A DNA stretch of 64,000 bases from Patescibacteria group bacterium (GTDB lineage: Bacteria > Patescibacteriota > Microgenomatia > UBA1400 > MFAQ01): contig CALRDV010000001.1 of assembly GCA_943355005.1 (NCBI GenBank), positions 92,632 to 156,631 on the forward strand, given 5' to 3'. Below the pieces are notes generated by a model, which had not been told where the DNA came from, ran no database searches, and worked only from the letters and a program-made list of their open reading frames with translations. This document shows positions 10,244 through 20,396 of this stretch, in pieces (position 1 is the stretch's first letter; the number at the start of each line of letters is the position of its first letter). Position numbers and translations under genes: made by a program.

Positions 10244-10993
10244 CTATTTTGTTAGGGCAGACCGAAGTGATAGAAATACAGTCCCGACATAGGGTGGAAA
10301 TTTTGCCGAAGCGGTGCTAGCTTCCTCAGAAGCCGGCATAAAGATGTGAACAATACCATTTTGGACATACAAGAATCGAGTTGTTACCAGCCCACTCATA
10401 TCTTTAACTTTTAGCTTTAAATATGAGGTTGAGCCTGTGGATATCTCAGAAGCACTTAGGATATCCCCACGTTTCTTCTGGTATTCATCACTCATGGCAA
10501 ACTCACCATCAAGTTTTCTGCGATACCAATCTCTCCTAGATGTACCATCATAGTAGTTTTTGGTGCCGGCATTTCCAGCAAAGACGGAACTTGAATAATC
10601 CCAAAGTTCAGTCGCAGTAGAATCATTTTGAATGGTAAACTCTGACCCGGTGAATCTAAAAGAGAATCCTGGTGGTAAAGATAGCGTGGTTTTGAAGCCA
10701 AACTGAGGGTCGGTATCTGTAAAAGATTTCCAATCGGCAGGTATAGTTGGTGCTTTTACAATTGATGTACTAGGCTTTGGTTGATTTGGAGAAGTGTCTC
10801 GGGTCTGAATTTGTTCAGGCAGATCTTTTTCATCTAGCATGTCTAAATCACTTTTTCGATTATTCTGGGAGACATAATACCCCACAAGCCCAAAAAACAC
10901 TCCCAAAACGAAAATGGTGGTGAAAACAGGGAAATTTTTTGCTGACAACATTTTTGACAAGCTCTTCATAGAAAACAATGTTTCTTTCTTCAT
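10244..10993 (-). CDS. Hypothetical single-TM exported protein
   Basis: 249-aa ORF with N-terminal TM; TATAAT 6 nt upstream of the ATG. Confidence 0.65.
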   Translation of the reverse strand: MKKETLFSMKSLSKMLSAKNFPVFTTIFVLGVFFGLVGYYVSQNNRKSDLDMLDEKDLPEQIQTRDTSPNQPKPSTSIVKAPTIPADWKSFTDTDPQFGFKTTLSLPPGFSFRFTGSEFTIQNDSTATELWDYSSSVFAGNAGTKNYYDGTSRRDWYRRKLDGEFAMSDEYQKKRGDILSASEISTGSTSYLKLKVKDMSGLVTTRFLYVQNGIVHIFMPASEEASTASAKFPPYVGTVFLSLRSALTK

Positions 10994-11020
10994 AGAACCA
11001 TTATATTACCAAGCATATTG

Positions 11021-11091
11021 TCGGGGTACTCAGAATTGAACTGAGATCGCGCGCACCCCATGCGCGCATACTACCGTTATACTATACCCCG
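11021..11091 (-). tRNA. tRNA-Pro(GGG), CCA not encoded
   Basis: CGGGGTA/TACCCCG acceptor stem; CGCGC-ATGGGGT-GCGCG anticodon arm; GTTCAATT T-loop. Confidence 0.95.
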
Positions 11092-11120
11092 AATCGAACC
11101 TGTCAATTTTACCACTTATT

Positions 11121-11132
11121 CGTCATTGCGAG
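11121..11132 (+). repeat. Truncated left half of a CGTC palindrome
   Basis: CGTCATTGCGAG with no matching GCAATC right arm. Confidence 0.55.
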
Positions 11133-11231
11133 TTTCGTTATTTAGAACTTTGTTCATTCAGGGAATTATGTATCTTGCGAAAATAACCCAAATAGTTATA
11201 ATGGCTTTAGTTAACAAAATACCCGAAGAAA

Positions 11232-12293
11232 ATGCCAAAGAAATCCAAGAAAGATAAAGAAGCCAAGTCCGTCGGTGAACACGTAGATAACTCAGCCCGT
11301 CTTACTGCAGTCAAAATCGCCATGCAGCAAATTACCAAGCAGTTCGGCGAAGGTGCCATTATGCATATGGGTTCCGATAAGGTTGGTGAAAAAATTCCCG
11401 TCATTTCTTCCGGCTCTATTAGTTTGGACTTGGCTCTTGGTATCGGCGGCTTTCCACGCGGTCGTATAGTCGAGATTTACGGCCCGGAAGCTTCCGGTAA
11501 GACGACAGTCGCACTCCACGTCATCGCTGAAGCCCAGAAGGCCGGTGGCATTGCTGCCTTTATCGACGCTGAGCATGCTGTGGATCCGAATCGAGCCAAA
11601 TCTATCGGAGTAAATTTGGACGAACTTCTTTTATCACAGCCGGATAACGGGGAACAAGCCCTGGAAATTGCCGAAACCCTAATTCGCTCAGGCGGAGTAG
11701 ACGTGGTAGTCATTGACTCTGTTGCCGCTTTGGTACCCAAATCCGAAATCGAAGGCGAAATGGGAGACTCCTCCATGGGTCTTCAGGCCAGACTTATGAG
11801 TCAAGCTCTTCGAAAAATCACTGGTGCCATTGCCAAAAGTAAATGTATTGTCATTTTTACGAACCAGCTTAGAGAAAAGATTGGTGTGATGTTTGGCAAT
11901 CCGGAAGTCACTACCGGAGGTAAAGCTCTTAAATTCTATGCATCCATCCGTATCGACATGCGCAAAATCGGCAATATTCAGGAAGGCGATGAAATTATTG
12001 GCTCTCGTCACAGAGCCAAGATAGTGAAAAACAAAGTTGCTTCGCCCTTTAGAACCGCCGAGTTCGATGTTCTAAATGTTGGAGGTATAAGTAAACTAGG
12101 GGATCTTATCGATACTGCTATTGCCTACAATGTACTTGAGAAAGCCGGCTCCTTCATCAAATACGAAGGTGAGACACTTGCCCAAGGACGAGAATCGGCC
12201 AAAACCACCCTGGCAGAGAGACCGGAAATGATTGAGAAAATCAAAGTTCAAGTCATGGAAAAGGTAAATGCAGGAATTCAGCCGGAAAAGTGA
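11232..12293 (+). CDS. recA: Recombinase A
   Basis: [33 protein letters not shown]. Confidence 0.99.
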   Translation: MPKKSKKDKEAKSVGEHVDNSARLTAVKIAMQQITKQFGEGAIMHMGSDKVGEKIPVISSGSISLDLALGIGGFPRGRIVEIYGPEASGKTTVALHVIAEAQKAGGIAAFIDAEHAVDPNRAKSIGVNLDELLLSQPDNGEQALEIAETLIRSGGVDVVVIDSVAALVPKSEIEGEMGDSSMGLQARLMSQALRKITGAIAKSKCIVIFTNQLREKIGVMFGNPEVTTGGKALKFYASIRIDMRKIGNIQEGDEIIGSRHRAKIVKNKVASPFRTAEFDVLNVGGISKLGDLIDTAIAYNVLEKAGSFIKYEGETLAQGRESAKTTLAERPEMIEKIKVQVMEKVNAGIQPEK

Positions 12294-12747
12294 TTTTAGG
12301 CAGTCTCTAGTTAGCTACGCAGCCAAGATATTAGTAGCTAGGCCCTATTTTCGGGCTAAGCTAAGGGATAAGCTTTTCTTGAGGGCTGAGAAATTCAATT
12401 TCTTAGATCCTTCAGGGGTTATAGATTCAATTTTGGACGATTTGTCCAAAAGTGGTTATCTAAACGATAAATACCTTGCCGAAGCTTTTGTTCGTAGACA
12501 GCTTTCCAAGGGTTATGGTCCCAAGATTATCTCCTTAAAGTTAAAATTTCTTGGATTAGATCGGGAAATTATCTCTGAAGTCTTAAAATCTCAAGCTTAT
12601 GAAGAGCTGGAAGTTGACTCAATTAGCCGATATTGCCGAAAATATCCCCGAGTAGACCCGAGGAAACTGATCTCCAAGCTCTACCAACGAGGCTACAATA
12701 GCCAGGCAATCAAAAAAGTATTTGACTCAGACTGGTTAGAAGACTAA
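12268..12747 (+). CDS. recX: RecX regulatory protein
   Basis: Overlaps the recA end; [23 protein letters not shown]. Confidence 0.85.
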   Translation: MQEFSRKSDFRQSLVSYAAKILVARPYFRAKLRDKLFLRAEKFNFLDPSGVIDSILDDLSKSGYLNDKYLAEAFVRRQLSKGYGPKIISLKLKFLGLDREIISEVLKSQAYEELEVDSISRYCRKYPRVDPRKLISKLYQRGYNSQAIKKVFDSDWLED

Positions 12748-12916
12748 AATACAGATACTAATCAAGTTGGTCAATCAAAATTACGCAATGTACGAACTCA
12801 AATTAAACAAAAAAATACCCTTTTCTCCTGCTAAGTGGCAGTTTGGTCGCTAAAGCGACTTGTTTTTGCGTGTTTGGTGGTTCAACTACGGTTAGATTTA
12901 ATCATTAATCTAAACC

Positions 12917-14494
12917 ATGTCCATACTCTCAATTTTTAGGTCAAATATTTTCAAGAATTACTCCTCCAAGGATAAAACAAAACCTGTAGCCTCAGTTTCC
13001 GCACCTGAGCCAAAAGCTCTGGTTCAAGAACCGGCAAAAGTAGCTCCTGCGGTAGTTCAAGCCCCTTCGGTAGATACAGCCGCCATCATCGCCGCCGCTC
13101 AAGCAACCGCTCAGTCCCAGGCTCGAGAGATTATCATTTCAGCCAAGGATGAAGCTTTTAAGCTCAAAGATCAGGCTATCAAAGACGCCCGTATTCAGCT
13201 GGAAGAAATCGAGGTCAGAGCCAAGAATTTAGCCACCAAACAACAGAGTATTACAGCTATAGAAGATCAGCTTAAGAGAGAAAAGACCAACATTGATACC
13301 CAGACTAAGCAAGTCGAAGAGCTTAAGGCTAAAATCGCTACCCAAGCCGATTCCATGGTCGAAAAGCTGGAAAAGATAGCTTCTCTTACCACCGAACAAG
13401 CCAAAAAGGAGCTTATCTCCATGGTCGAGAAAAGAGCAGCTGTTGAAGCTGCCAGAGCGATCAAAGAGTCTGAGGAAAGAGCCAAGATAGTTGCAGAGGA
13501 CCAAGCTAGAGAAATCCTTGTAGATGCCATGAAATCGGGTGCCACCGACTACGTTGCCGAATATACTATTTCTACCGTTCCAATCCCGGACGAAGAAACC
13601 AAAGGTCGTATTATTGGTAAAGATGGACGAAATATTCGCATTTTCGAAAAAGTTTCCGGCTGTGACGTTTCCATGGACGACGGTCCCGACGAAGTTAAGC
13701 TGAGCAGTTTTGATCCGGTCCGGAGAGAGATTGCTCGCTTAACATTAATTCATTTAATTAAAGATGGCCGTATTCATCCAGCTCGTATCGAAGAATACTT
13801 CGAAAGATCAAAGAAAGATGTTGAACAAATTATGTTTCAAGAAGGTCAGAAGCTTTGTCACGCTGTCGGTGTTTACAATATGAATAGAGAAATTATCCAA
13901 ATGTTGGGTCGTTTCAAATTCCGAACGTCTTACGGCCAAAACATGATTAGTCATACCTTGGAGGAGACAAGAATCGGTATCAAGATAGCAAGCGAGGTTG
14001 GAGCCAATGTTGACACTGTTCGCATGGGGTGTCTCTTACACGACATCGGAAAAATTATCGAAGGCGACGGAAATCACGTTGAGCTTGGAGTTGCCTATCT
14101 TAAGAAATTTAATATTCCACAGACCATTATTGACTGTGTGGCTCAACATCACGAAGATGAAGAGTTCACTTCAAATGAATCTGTCATTGTTTACATTTCC
14201 GATGCTATCTCAGGTAGTCGCCCCGGCGCTCGTCATGAAAATACCGAAGAATACGGTAAACGCATTCGACATCTGGAGGAAATTGCCCGCAAACACCCTG
14301 AGGTCGATGATGCTTATGCCATCTCAGCCGGACGCGAGATTAGAGTCATTGTTAATCCTAGTAAAGCAGGAGACGAGCAATTAATTATCTTGGCTCAAGC
14401 CATTAGGGATGAAATCAGGGACACTATGACCTTCCCAGGCACCGTCAAGGTGAACGTTATCCGCGAAACTCGTGCCAGCGAAATCGCCAGCTAA
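12917..14494 (+). CDS. rny: Ribonuclease Y
   Basis: Coiled coil, KH domain (KGRIIGKDGRNIR), HD domain (LLHDIGK), DAISGSRPGAR. Confidence 0.97.
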   Translation: MSILSIFRSNIFKNYSSKDKTKPVASVSAPEPKALVQEPAKVAPAVVQAPSVDTAAIIAAAQATAQSQAREIIISAKDEAFKLKDQAIKDARIQLEEIEVRAKNLATKQQSITAIEDQLKREKTNIDTQTKQVEELKAKIATQADSMVEKLEKIASLTTEQAKKELISMVEKRAAVEAARAIKESEERAKIVAEDQAREILVDAMKSGATDYVAEYTISTVPIPDEETKGRIIGKDGRNIRIFEKVSGCDVSMDDGPDEVKLSSFDPVRREIARLTLIHLIKDGRIHPARIEEYFERSKKDVEQIMFQEGQKLCHAVGVYNMNREIIQMLGRFKFRTSYGQNMISHTLEETRIGIKIASEVGANVDTVRMGCLLHDIGKIIEGDGNHVELGVAYLKKFNIPQTIIDCVAQHHEDEEFTSNESVIVYISDAISGSRPGARHENTEEYGKRIRHLEEIARKHPEVDDAYAISAGREIRVIVNPSKAGDEQLIILAQAIRDEIRDTMTFPGTVKVNVIRETRASEIAS

Positions 14495-14496
14495 AT

Positions 14497-14563
14497 CGTC
14501 ATTGCGAGGAACGAAGTGACGTGGCAATCCAGGAATTGTCATCCTCGCGAAAGCGGGGATCCA
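14497..14563 (+). repeat. Two tandem GTCAT palindromes (14497-14530, 14538-14563)
   Basis: CGTCATTGCGAGGAACGAAGTGACGTGGCAATCC; GTCATCCTCGCGAAAGCGGGGATCCA. Confidence 0.9.
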
Positions 14564-14657
14564 TCTGGATAAGTAATTGATAAACTTGCACGAGACGTAT
14601 TTAGATGGTAACATCAGTTAAATTATTATTAAAGTTTCTGCCCGGAAAGAGGAATTA

Positions 14658-14933
14658 ATGACCAAACAGACCCTTATTAACATCGTCAGTAAGAAGGTTC
14701 ACTTGACCAAGAAAGCCGTCAAGGAGACAGTCGACTCATTCTTTGAAGAATCCATTGCCGCCTTGGGCAAAGGTGAAAAAGTCGTCATCTCAGGTTTCGG
14801 AACTTTTTACATCGGTAAAGTCGAAGATAAGCAAGTAGTTCCTTTTGGAAACGAAAACAAACGTCAAGTTGTCAAAGGTCATAAGGTTATCAACTTTCAT
14901 GTTGGAAAACCTTTGAAGAAGAAAGTTGCCTAA
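14658..14933 (+). CDS. hup: HU family DNA-binding protein
   Basis: MTKQTLI...GEKVVISGFGTF. Confidence 0.9.
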   Translation: MTKQTLINIVSKKVHLTKKAVKETVDSFFEESIAALGKGEKVVISGFGTFYIGKVEDKQVVPFGNENKRQVVKGHKVINFHVGKPLKKKVA

Positions 14934-16096
14934 TGCCTTCAGTTTTCATAAATACTTTTGGTTGCCAAGCCAACAAATCAGATTCAGAAAGACTTCTGGG
15001 TGATTATCTTGCCCGCGGTTACTCAGAAACTTCCAATTGGCGGGAAGCAGACGAAATCGTCATCAATACCTGTTCTGTTCGACAATCAGCGGAAGACCGT
15101 GTTACCGGCTTCCTCCTAAATGTTGATAAATATTTCCTTGGCCTCCCCGCCGTGGAGGGCAAACCCAAACCAAAAATTATACTTACCGGCTGCATGCTCC
15201 ATTTTAACGAAAAGGAGATCAAAGCTCTTTTGCCTCAGATAGATGAAATTCTTCCGATAAGTGAAGTAGGTTTCAATCAAAAGGCAATCCGTAAGGATAA
15301 AGATAAAGCTTTTATTCCCATTTCTTCGGGCTGCAATTCCTTCTGCACCTTCTGTATCGTTCCTTTTTCTAGAGGTAGAGAGAGGTCTCGACCATTAGAA
15401 GACATAGTTAAAGAAGTCGAAGAGCTGGCAGCTAATGGTTACTCCGAAATAACACTTCTGGGTCAGAATGTAAATTCTTACGGCCTTGAAAAGGTGGGTG
15501 TTGCTCTTCGAAAAATGTTTATGGACAAGGATAAATTTTCTCCCGATATTATTCCCTCAAACCAGTCACAATACTTTAAGCCGGAAGACACTCCGCCATT
15601 TGTTACCTTACTAAAAGCTGTAAGCAAGATAGACGGTATAAACAAAATTAGTTTCTTCACCAGCAACCCTTGGGATTTCTGGGATGAGTTAATAGACGAA
15701 ATAGCTATCAATCCCAAGATTGATCGATTTATTCATTTGCCGGTCCAGTCAGGTAGTAATCGTATTTTAAAGCTGATGAATAGGGGATACACAAGAGAGT
15801 CATATCTAACTTTAATTAATCAAATTAAAGCCAAGGTCTCTGATGCGGTTTTTGGCACCGACATTATCGTGGGATTCCCTGGTGAAACAGATGAGGACTT
15901 CGAAGAGACTAAGAATCTTATTATGGAAGTTGACTTCAAAGTTGCTTTTGTAGCTAGATATTCACCCAGACCCGGAACTGCTTCGTCCAGGCTTTACCCT
16001 GACGATATCCCTGCCAAAGTAAAGAAACAGCGTTGGGAAATTCTCGATCAAATCGCCAATAAGGATAACTTAAAATCCCGCCCCATAGTCCCATAA
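14933..16096 (+). CDS. miaB: MiaB-family tRNA methylthiotransferase without a TRAM domain
   Basis: TFGCQAN, NTCSVR, CNSFCTFC, HLPVQSGS; adjacent to miaA. Confidence 0.88.
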   Translation: MPSVFINTFGCQANKSDSERLLGDYLARGYSETSNWREADEIVINTCSVRQSAEDRVTGFLLNVDKYFLGLPAVEGKPKPKIILTGCMLHFNEKEIKALLPQIDEILPISEVGFNQKAIRKDKDKAFIPISSGCNSFCTFCIVPFSRGRERSRPLEDIVKEVEELAANGYSEITLLGQNVNSYGLEKVGVALRKMFMDKDKFSPDIIPSNQSQYFKPEDTPPFVTLLKAVSKIDGINKISFFTSNPWDFWDELIDEIAINPKIDRFIHLPVQSGSNRILKLMNRGYTRESYLTLINQIKAKVSDAVFGTDIIVGFPGETDEDFEETKNLIMEVDFKVAFVARYSPRPGTASSRLYPDDIPAKVKKQRWEILDQIANKDNLKSRPIVP

Positions 16097-16115
16097 ATAA
16101 ATTTAACAACAACGT

Positions 16116-16257
16116 GTCATTCCGAGCGAAGTCTAGGAACCTGCCTGCCGGCAGGCAGGTCTCCCTCCACCCGTCATTGCGATGAGCGAAGCGTGGTGGC
16201 AATCCAGGAAGTATAAAATCAATAATATCTGTCATTCCGGGCTTGACCCGGAATCCA
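16116..16257 (+). repeat. Cluster of three GTCAT palindromes; the first is interrupted by CCTGCCTGCCGGCAGGCAGG
   Basis: 16116-16163 (insert 16140-16159), 16172-16205, 16231-16257. Confidence 0.9.
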
Positions 16258-16286
16258 TCCGGGAAATATAAAATGGTAAATATTAA

Positions 16287-17297
16287 ATGAAAAACATACT
16301 CGTCATCTGCGGTCCAACGGCCTCAGGCAAAACCTCCCTCGCCCTCTCCATCGCCAAAGAAATTTTTTTCCCTCGCTCAAGTGTCATTCCCGACCCGCTT
16401 CGACGTAGCTTCAGCGAGGCGAGCCTGATCGGGAATCCATCTGGTAAATCAGTCCACATCCTCTCCGCCGACTCCCGCCAAATCTACAAAGGTCTCGACA
16501 TTATCACGGGCAAAGATATCCCGGCAGACTTGCCGTCTAATATAAAGTTCTTTGGCCTAGACCTAGTGAGTCCAAATCAAGTTTTCAATGTGTCTGATTT
16601 TGTTGCATATTCCCAAAAAATAATTACAGATTCAGCCGAGCAAAACATCCCCTTAATCATTGTTGGAGGTACAGGTTTGTATCTAAAAGCTATCACATCA
16701 AATCTTTTAGATGTTCACGTTCCGCCTGATAAGGAGCTCCGCTCAGAGCTGGAAAAATTAACCCTTTCAGATCTAAAAAAAAGACTGGAAGAACTAAATC
16801 CAAGCAAATATTCTTCTCTTAACAATTCCGATCTAAACAATCCCCGTCGCCTCATCCGTGCCATCGAAATCTCATATTCCTTCAAGCAAACTAACGTCAT
16901 TCCGGGCTTGACCCGGAATCCAGAACAATTTCACGACCAAAATCAAAACTTCCTCTGGCTCGGTCTAAAAGTCGATAAGCAAATCCAGGAAAACAAAATC
17001 CACCAACGGGTACTGGACCGTTTAGAAAACGGCGCCATTGACGAAGTCAAAAAGCTCATACCACACTATCCGGATACCTCGCTACCCATTCACTCTAGTC
17101 TTGGAGTAAAGCAAATCAAAGAATATTTAGCGGGGAATATATCCAAGGAACAGTTAACAGATTTGTGGACCAAAGTCGAAGTTGATTATGCTCGTCGCCA
17201 AATGGTCTGGTTCAATAAACAAAGTGGGATAGTTTGGTATGATAAAGATAGTATTAATCAGGAGTTGGTTGCATCTCTAGCAGAACAATTAAAATAA
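16287..17297 (+). CDS. miaA: tRNA dimethylallyltransferase carrying two palindrome-derived peptide insertions
   Basis: GPTASGKT, SADSRQIY, VGGTGLY, RLIRAIE, YARRQMVWF. Confidence 0.95.
   Translation: MKNILVICGPTASGKTSLALSIAKEIFFPRSSVIPDPLRRSFSEASLIGNPSGKSVHILSADSRQIYKGLDIITGKDIPADLPSNIKFFGLDLVSPNQVFNVSDFVAYSQKIITDSAEQNIPLIIVGGTGLYLKAITSNLLDVHVPPDKELRSELEKLTLSDLKKRLEELNPSKYSSLNNSDLNNPRRLIRAIEISYSFKQTNVIPGLTRNPEQFHDQNQNFLWLGLKVDKQIQENKIHQRVLDRLENGAIDEVKKLIPHYPDTSLPIHSSLGVKQIKEYLAGNISKEQLTDLWTKVEVDYARRQMVWFNKQSGIVWYDKDSINQELVASLAEQLK
16383..16439 (+). repeat. In-frame GTCAT palindrome with a nested 30-nt element in miaA
   Basis: GTCATTCCCGAC[CCGCTTCGACGTAGCTTCAGCGAGGCGAGC]CTGATCGGGAATCCA; uninterrupted form at 25650. 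Confidence 0.88.
16895..16922 (+). repeat. In-frame CGTC palindrome in miaA
   Basis: CGTCATTCCGGGCTTGACCCGGAATCCA encodes VIPGLTRNP. Confidence 0.92.
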
Positions 17298-17298
17298 A

Positions 17299-18294
17299 AT
17301 GCTTAAAAAGAAACACATCACTTTCGATATCTCTATTGGCAGTATTTTTTGGATCCTTTTTTCTCTAGCTCTTGTATACATACTTATCAAGCTTACAGGG
17401 GTCATCATCCTTCTCTTTACAGCCATTCTCATTACCCTTGCTATATGCCCTTTAGTTGACTGGTTAGATAAATACAAAATAAAAAGAGGAATATCTGCAA
17501 TATTAATTTTATTATTGATTTTTGGTTCCATTATTACAATTACAATTTCCATAGCGGCTCCTTTAGTAGAGCAAACGCAGCTATTCTCTCAAAGACTTCC
17601 TGAAATTATTGATAGAGTTAGTCCCTTAAAGTTCGTAGATGGTTCATTTAGTACACAGTTTGCAGCAGTTCCAGGCAAAGTCTTAAACATTGCACTCGAC
17701 ACCTTCTCGGGATTTATCACGGCTTTCACAGTAATAGTTTTAAGCTATTACATGATTCAAGAGATGCACAATCTCAAAAAGTATCTTACTTATTGGTTTG
17801 GAGAAAAAGGACTTACTTACAATACCATCGCCGAGAAACTCGAGGTCCAAATTGGTAACTGGGTTAGAGGTCAACTTCTACTCATGCTTATCGTTGGCTT
17901 CTTAAGTTATCTTGGCTACCTCATTATTGGTATTCCCTTCGCTCTGCCGTTAGCGTTTTTTGCCGGTCTATTGGAGCTTGTACCAAATATCGGGCCTACA
18001 ATCGCGGCTATTCCTGCTATCTTGGTTGGATTTTCAATCTCCACTAACCATGGAATAGCAGCTCTGATTGTTTGTTTGGTCGTTCAGCAATTAGAAAACA
18101 ATCTAATTGTGCCGAAAATCATGCAACAGGTGACCGGTCTAAATCCAATAATTACCATTATCGCTATCATGATTGGCTTCCAGGTCGGTGGTCCGCTTAT
18201 GGCAGTTCTTGCTTTGCCGGTTGTCCTCTCAGCAAGAGTAATTTTCAGTCACATTAGCTTAAACAAAGACACCACCATCCCCGAAATAGACTAA
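17299..18294 (+). CDS. AI-2E family transporter
   Basis: Multi-TM; WVRGQL, ELVPNIGP, QQLENNLIVPKI. Confidence 0.92.
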   Translation: MLKKKHITFDISIGSIFWILFSLALVYILIKLTGVIILLFTAILITLAICPLVDWLDKYKIKRGISAILILLLIFGSIITITISIAAPLVEQTQLFSQRLPEIIDRVSPLKFVDGSFSTQFAAVPGKVLNIALDTFSGFITAFTVIVLSYYMIQEMHNLKKYLTYWFGEKGLTYNTIAEKLEVQIGNWVRGQLLLMLIVGFLSYLGYLIIGIPFALPLAFFAGLLELVPNIGPTIAAIPAILVGFSISTNHGIAALIVCLVVQQLENNLIVPKIMQQVTGLNPIITIIAIMIGFQVGGPLMAVLALPVVLSARVIFSHISLNKDTTIPEID

Positions 18295-18296
18295 AA

Positions 18297-18902
18297 ATGA
18301 AATCGCTTTCTTGTATTTGCTTGTTGGATAACGCGTCCGAAGAGAAAATTTCATCACTAACAAAAACTCTTTCTAGTGAAACTAATTCAAAAAAGATGCT
18401 ATCTTATCCACCACATCTTACTCTTCGTGGTGACTTTGAAATTAAAGATGAAAATATTCCTATTTTGATTTCTGATCTTTCAGACGTAGCTTCACTTCAA
18501 AAAAAGATTGTTGTTCAAACCTCTAAATTCGAATTCTATCCTTGGAAAATGGTTTCTCTGGAAGTAATAAGCAATTCTGCTCTGGATAATTTACACATCA
18601 TGGCTATGGACACAATTCAAAAATATCGAACTGCTTGGATTCCACAAGTGCTAATAGATAACACTTCCGATTACACAGAAAAACAGAAAGAATATATCCA
18701 CGAGTTTGGATACCAATTTGCGTATGAGTATTTTTCTCCACACTTTGGTTTGGCAGGCAATGATATGACTCAGGAAATTTTTGACACCATCAAAGTCAAA
18801 TATCATAATCGGGAAGAAAAAATAAATGTATCTTTAGAAAAAATTGCCTTAATCGATAGGGAAAAGAATAATCAGCCAATCGCCACTTTTTCACTTACAT
18901 AA
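18297..18902 (+). CDS. 2H phosphoesterase / 2'-5' RNA ligase family protein
   Basis: PPHLTL and FSPHFGL motifs. Confidence 0.75.
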   Translation: MKSLSCICLLDNASEEKISSLTKTLSSETNSKKMLSYPPHLTLRGDFEIKDENIPILISDLSDVASLQKKIVVQTSKFEFYPWKMVSLEVISNSALDNLHIMAMDTIQKYRTAWIPQVLIDNTSDYTEKQKEYIHEFGYQFAYEYFSPHFGLAGNDMTQEIFDTIKVKYHNREEKINVSLEKIALIDREKNNQPIATFSLT

Positions 18903-18924
18903 AACCAAAAAGAACCCTTTCGGG

Positions 18925-19233
18925 TTCCCTAGGACAATAAGCCGGATTCTGTCGTGGAGGAATATCTATCTATGCTCGAGACTTTAGGGACGGAAAAGAC
19001 ACCTTAATCCCAATTCGTCGATTGCAGCAGGGCGGGTTACCACTCCTCTAGGATTTCTCCTAGCGGATCTCCACCTAGCGGTGGAACGTTTCACCTTTAA
19101 TCGTCTCTGTGGCCCTATCGTGCCCTGTAGGTCGCCCCACAAGGAGCCGGGTTTCCCCGGCCACCCTTTCTTTTAGCTGTCCGGACTTTCCTCCCCACTC
19201 TTGCGAGTAGGGCATTCCTCTCGTCCTAGGGAA
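18925..19233 (-). ncRNA. rnpB: RNase P RNA
   Basis: Minus strand has GAGGAAAGUCCGG (19181-19193) and ACAGAAUCCGGCUUA (18938-18952); P1 stem TTCCCTAGGAC/GTCCTAGGGAA. Confidence 0.96.
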
Positions 19234-19328
19234 GCCTAATTTTACCACAATTTTGCTGATAAAACCCATAGTAAGTCCTAGATAGTGTATAATATACAAG
19301 TAGGCACATTAAGTTCAAGGAGTATGCG

Positions 19329-19628
19329 ATGGCTCATTTTTTCAATCCAAACGAATTCCCTGCCGGTTATAAGTTCATAGTGCAAATTTTCTCAACGACA
19401 TATATCCACCACGAGGCTGATCGACGCTCAATAGAAGCTCCAGGTCACGGATATCCTGCTCATGACGAACCAATCCATCAAGTAGAACAGATTGCTCTCA
19501 AGGATGAAAAAGAGCTTCAAGAGGAGTTGCAAAGACTGTACACCAAGGACAAAAACCGAAAAGATATCTTGGTTTTGGAAATTAATCGGGTTGTTCCGGT
19601 CGGAGTCTCGGTTCAGGTTGATTTCTAA
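19329..19628 (+). CDS. Hypothetical protein
   Basis: 99-aa ORF with AAGGAG RBS and downstream terminator. Confidence 0.65.
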   Translation: MAHFFNPNEFPAGYKFIVQIFSTTYIHHEADRRSIEAPGHGYPAHDEPIHQVEQIALKDEKELQEELQRLYTKDKNRKDILVLEINRVVPVGVSVQVDF

Positions 19629-19633
19629 AAATT

Positions 19634-19660
19634 AAGCCAGGTATAAAGCCTGGCTTTTTT
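19634..19660 (+). terminator. Rho-independent terminator
   Basis: AAGCCAGG-TATAAAG-CCTGGCTT followed by a T tract. Confidence 0.75.
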
Positions 19661-19706
19661 ACACTATGAAATCACTCATAGTATTTATTTGATATGATAA
19701 GAGCAT

Positions 19707-20396
19707 ATGCAACCAAACGTACTCTTATCTTTCCAAAGCTCGTTCTCTTTAGCCGCCAACCAAGTCCTGGTCGGCATTATTAGTTTCTTGCCAAACATCT
19801 TAGGTGCCTTAGTTCTTTTCCTTGTGGGTTGGATAATTGCCGATTGGCTAAAATCTCTCACAACCAAAGTCGTAAATATCACCAAATTAGATGCTTTGAT
19901 AAATAATCCGGCCGTTAAAGATTTTCTGAAGAATGCTCAAGTTTCACAAAAATTGGAAGTAATCATCGGAGAAGTTGTGAAGTGGCTAGTCATCACTTTA
20001 TTCTTTGTCGCCAGTATCAATCTTCTCGGCATCACCTCCATTAGTTTGTTTTTAAATGGAATTATCGCCGGCATTCCCACACTTATCGCCGCCGTCTTAA
20101 CACTCGTCATCGGCGTCGTCGTTGCCGGCTTCTTGGAGAAGATGGTAAAGGGTTCCTACGGTTCCAAAGATGCTTCCACCGGTCGCTTTATCGGTAAAGC
20201 TGTCAGTTACGCCGTCATGACTTTCTTCGTCCTAGCCGCCCTCTCACAGCTTGGCATTGCCAGCTTCTTCATCAACACTGTCTTTATTGGCTTTATCATG
20301 GCCATTGCCTTAGCACTCGGGATTGGTCTGGGTCTTGGCTCCAAAGATCTCATCAAAAAAATATTAGAAGACTGGTACAAGAAAATCGAGAAATAA
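19707..20396 (+). CDS. Conserved TM-helix protein (MscS first-TM / CmpX-like)
   Basis: FLPNILGALVLFLVGWIIA repeat; ALGIGLGLGSKD. Confidence 0.8.
   Translation: MQPNVLLSFQSSFSLAANQVLVGIISFLPNILGALVLFLVGWIIADWLKSLTTKVVNITKLDALINNPAVKDFLKNAQVSQKLEVIIGEVVKWLVITLFFVASINLLGITSISLFLNGIIAGIPTLIAAVLTLVIGVVVAGFLEKMVKGSYGSKDASTGRFIGKAVSYAVMTFFVLAALSQLGIASFFINTVFIGFIMAIALALGIGLGLGSKDLIKKILEDWYKKIEK

Noticed and set aside
19075-19299. 74-aa ORF on the minus strand
   Set aside because: Overlaps the RNase P RNA gene.
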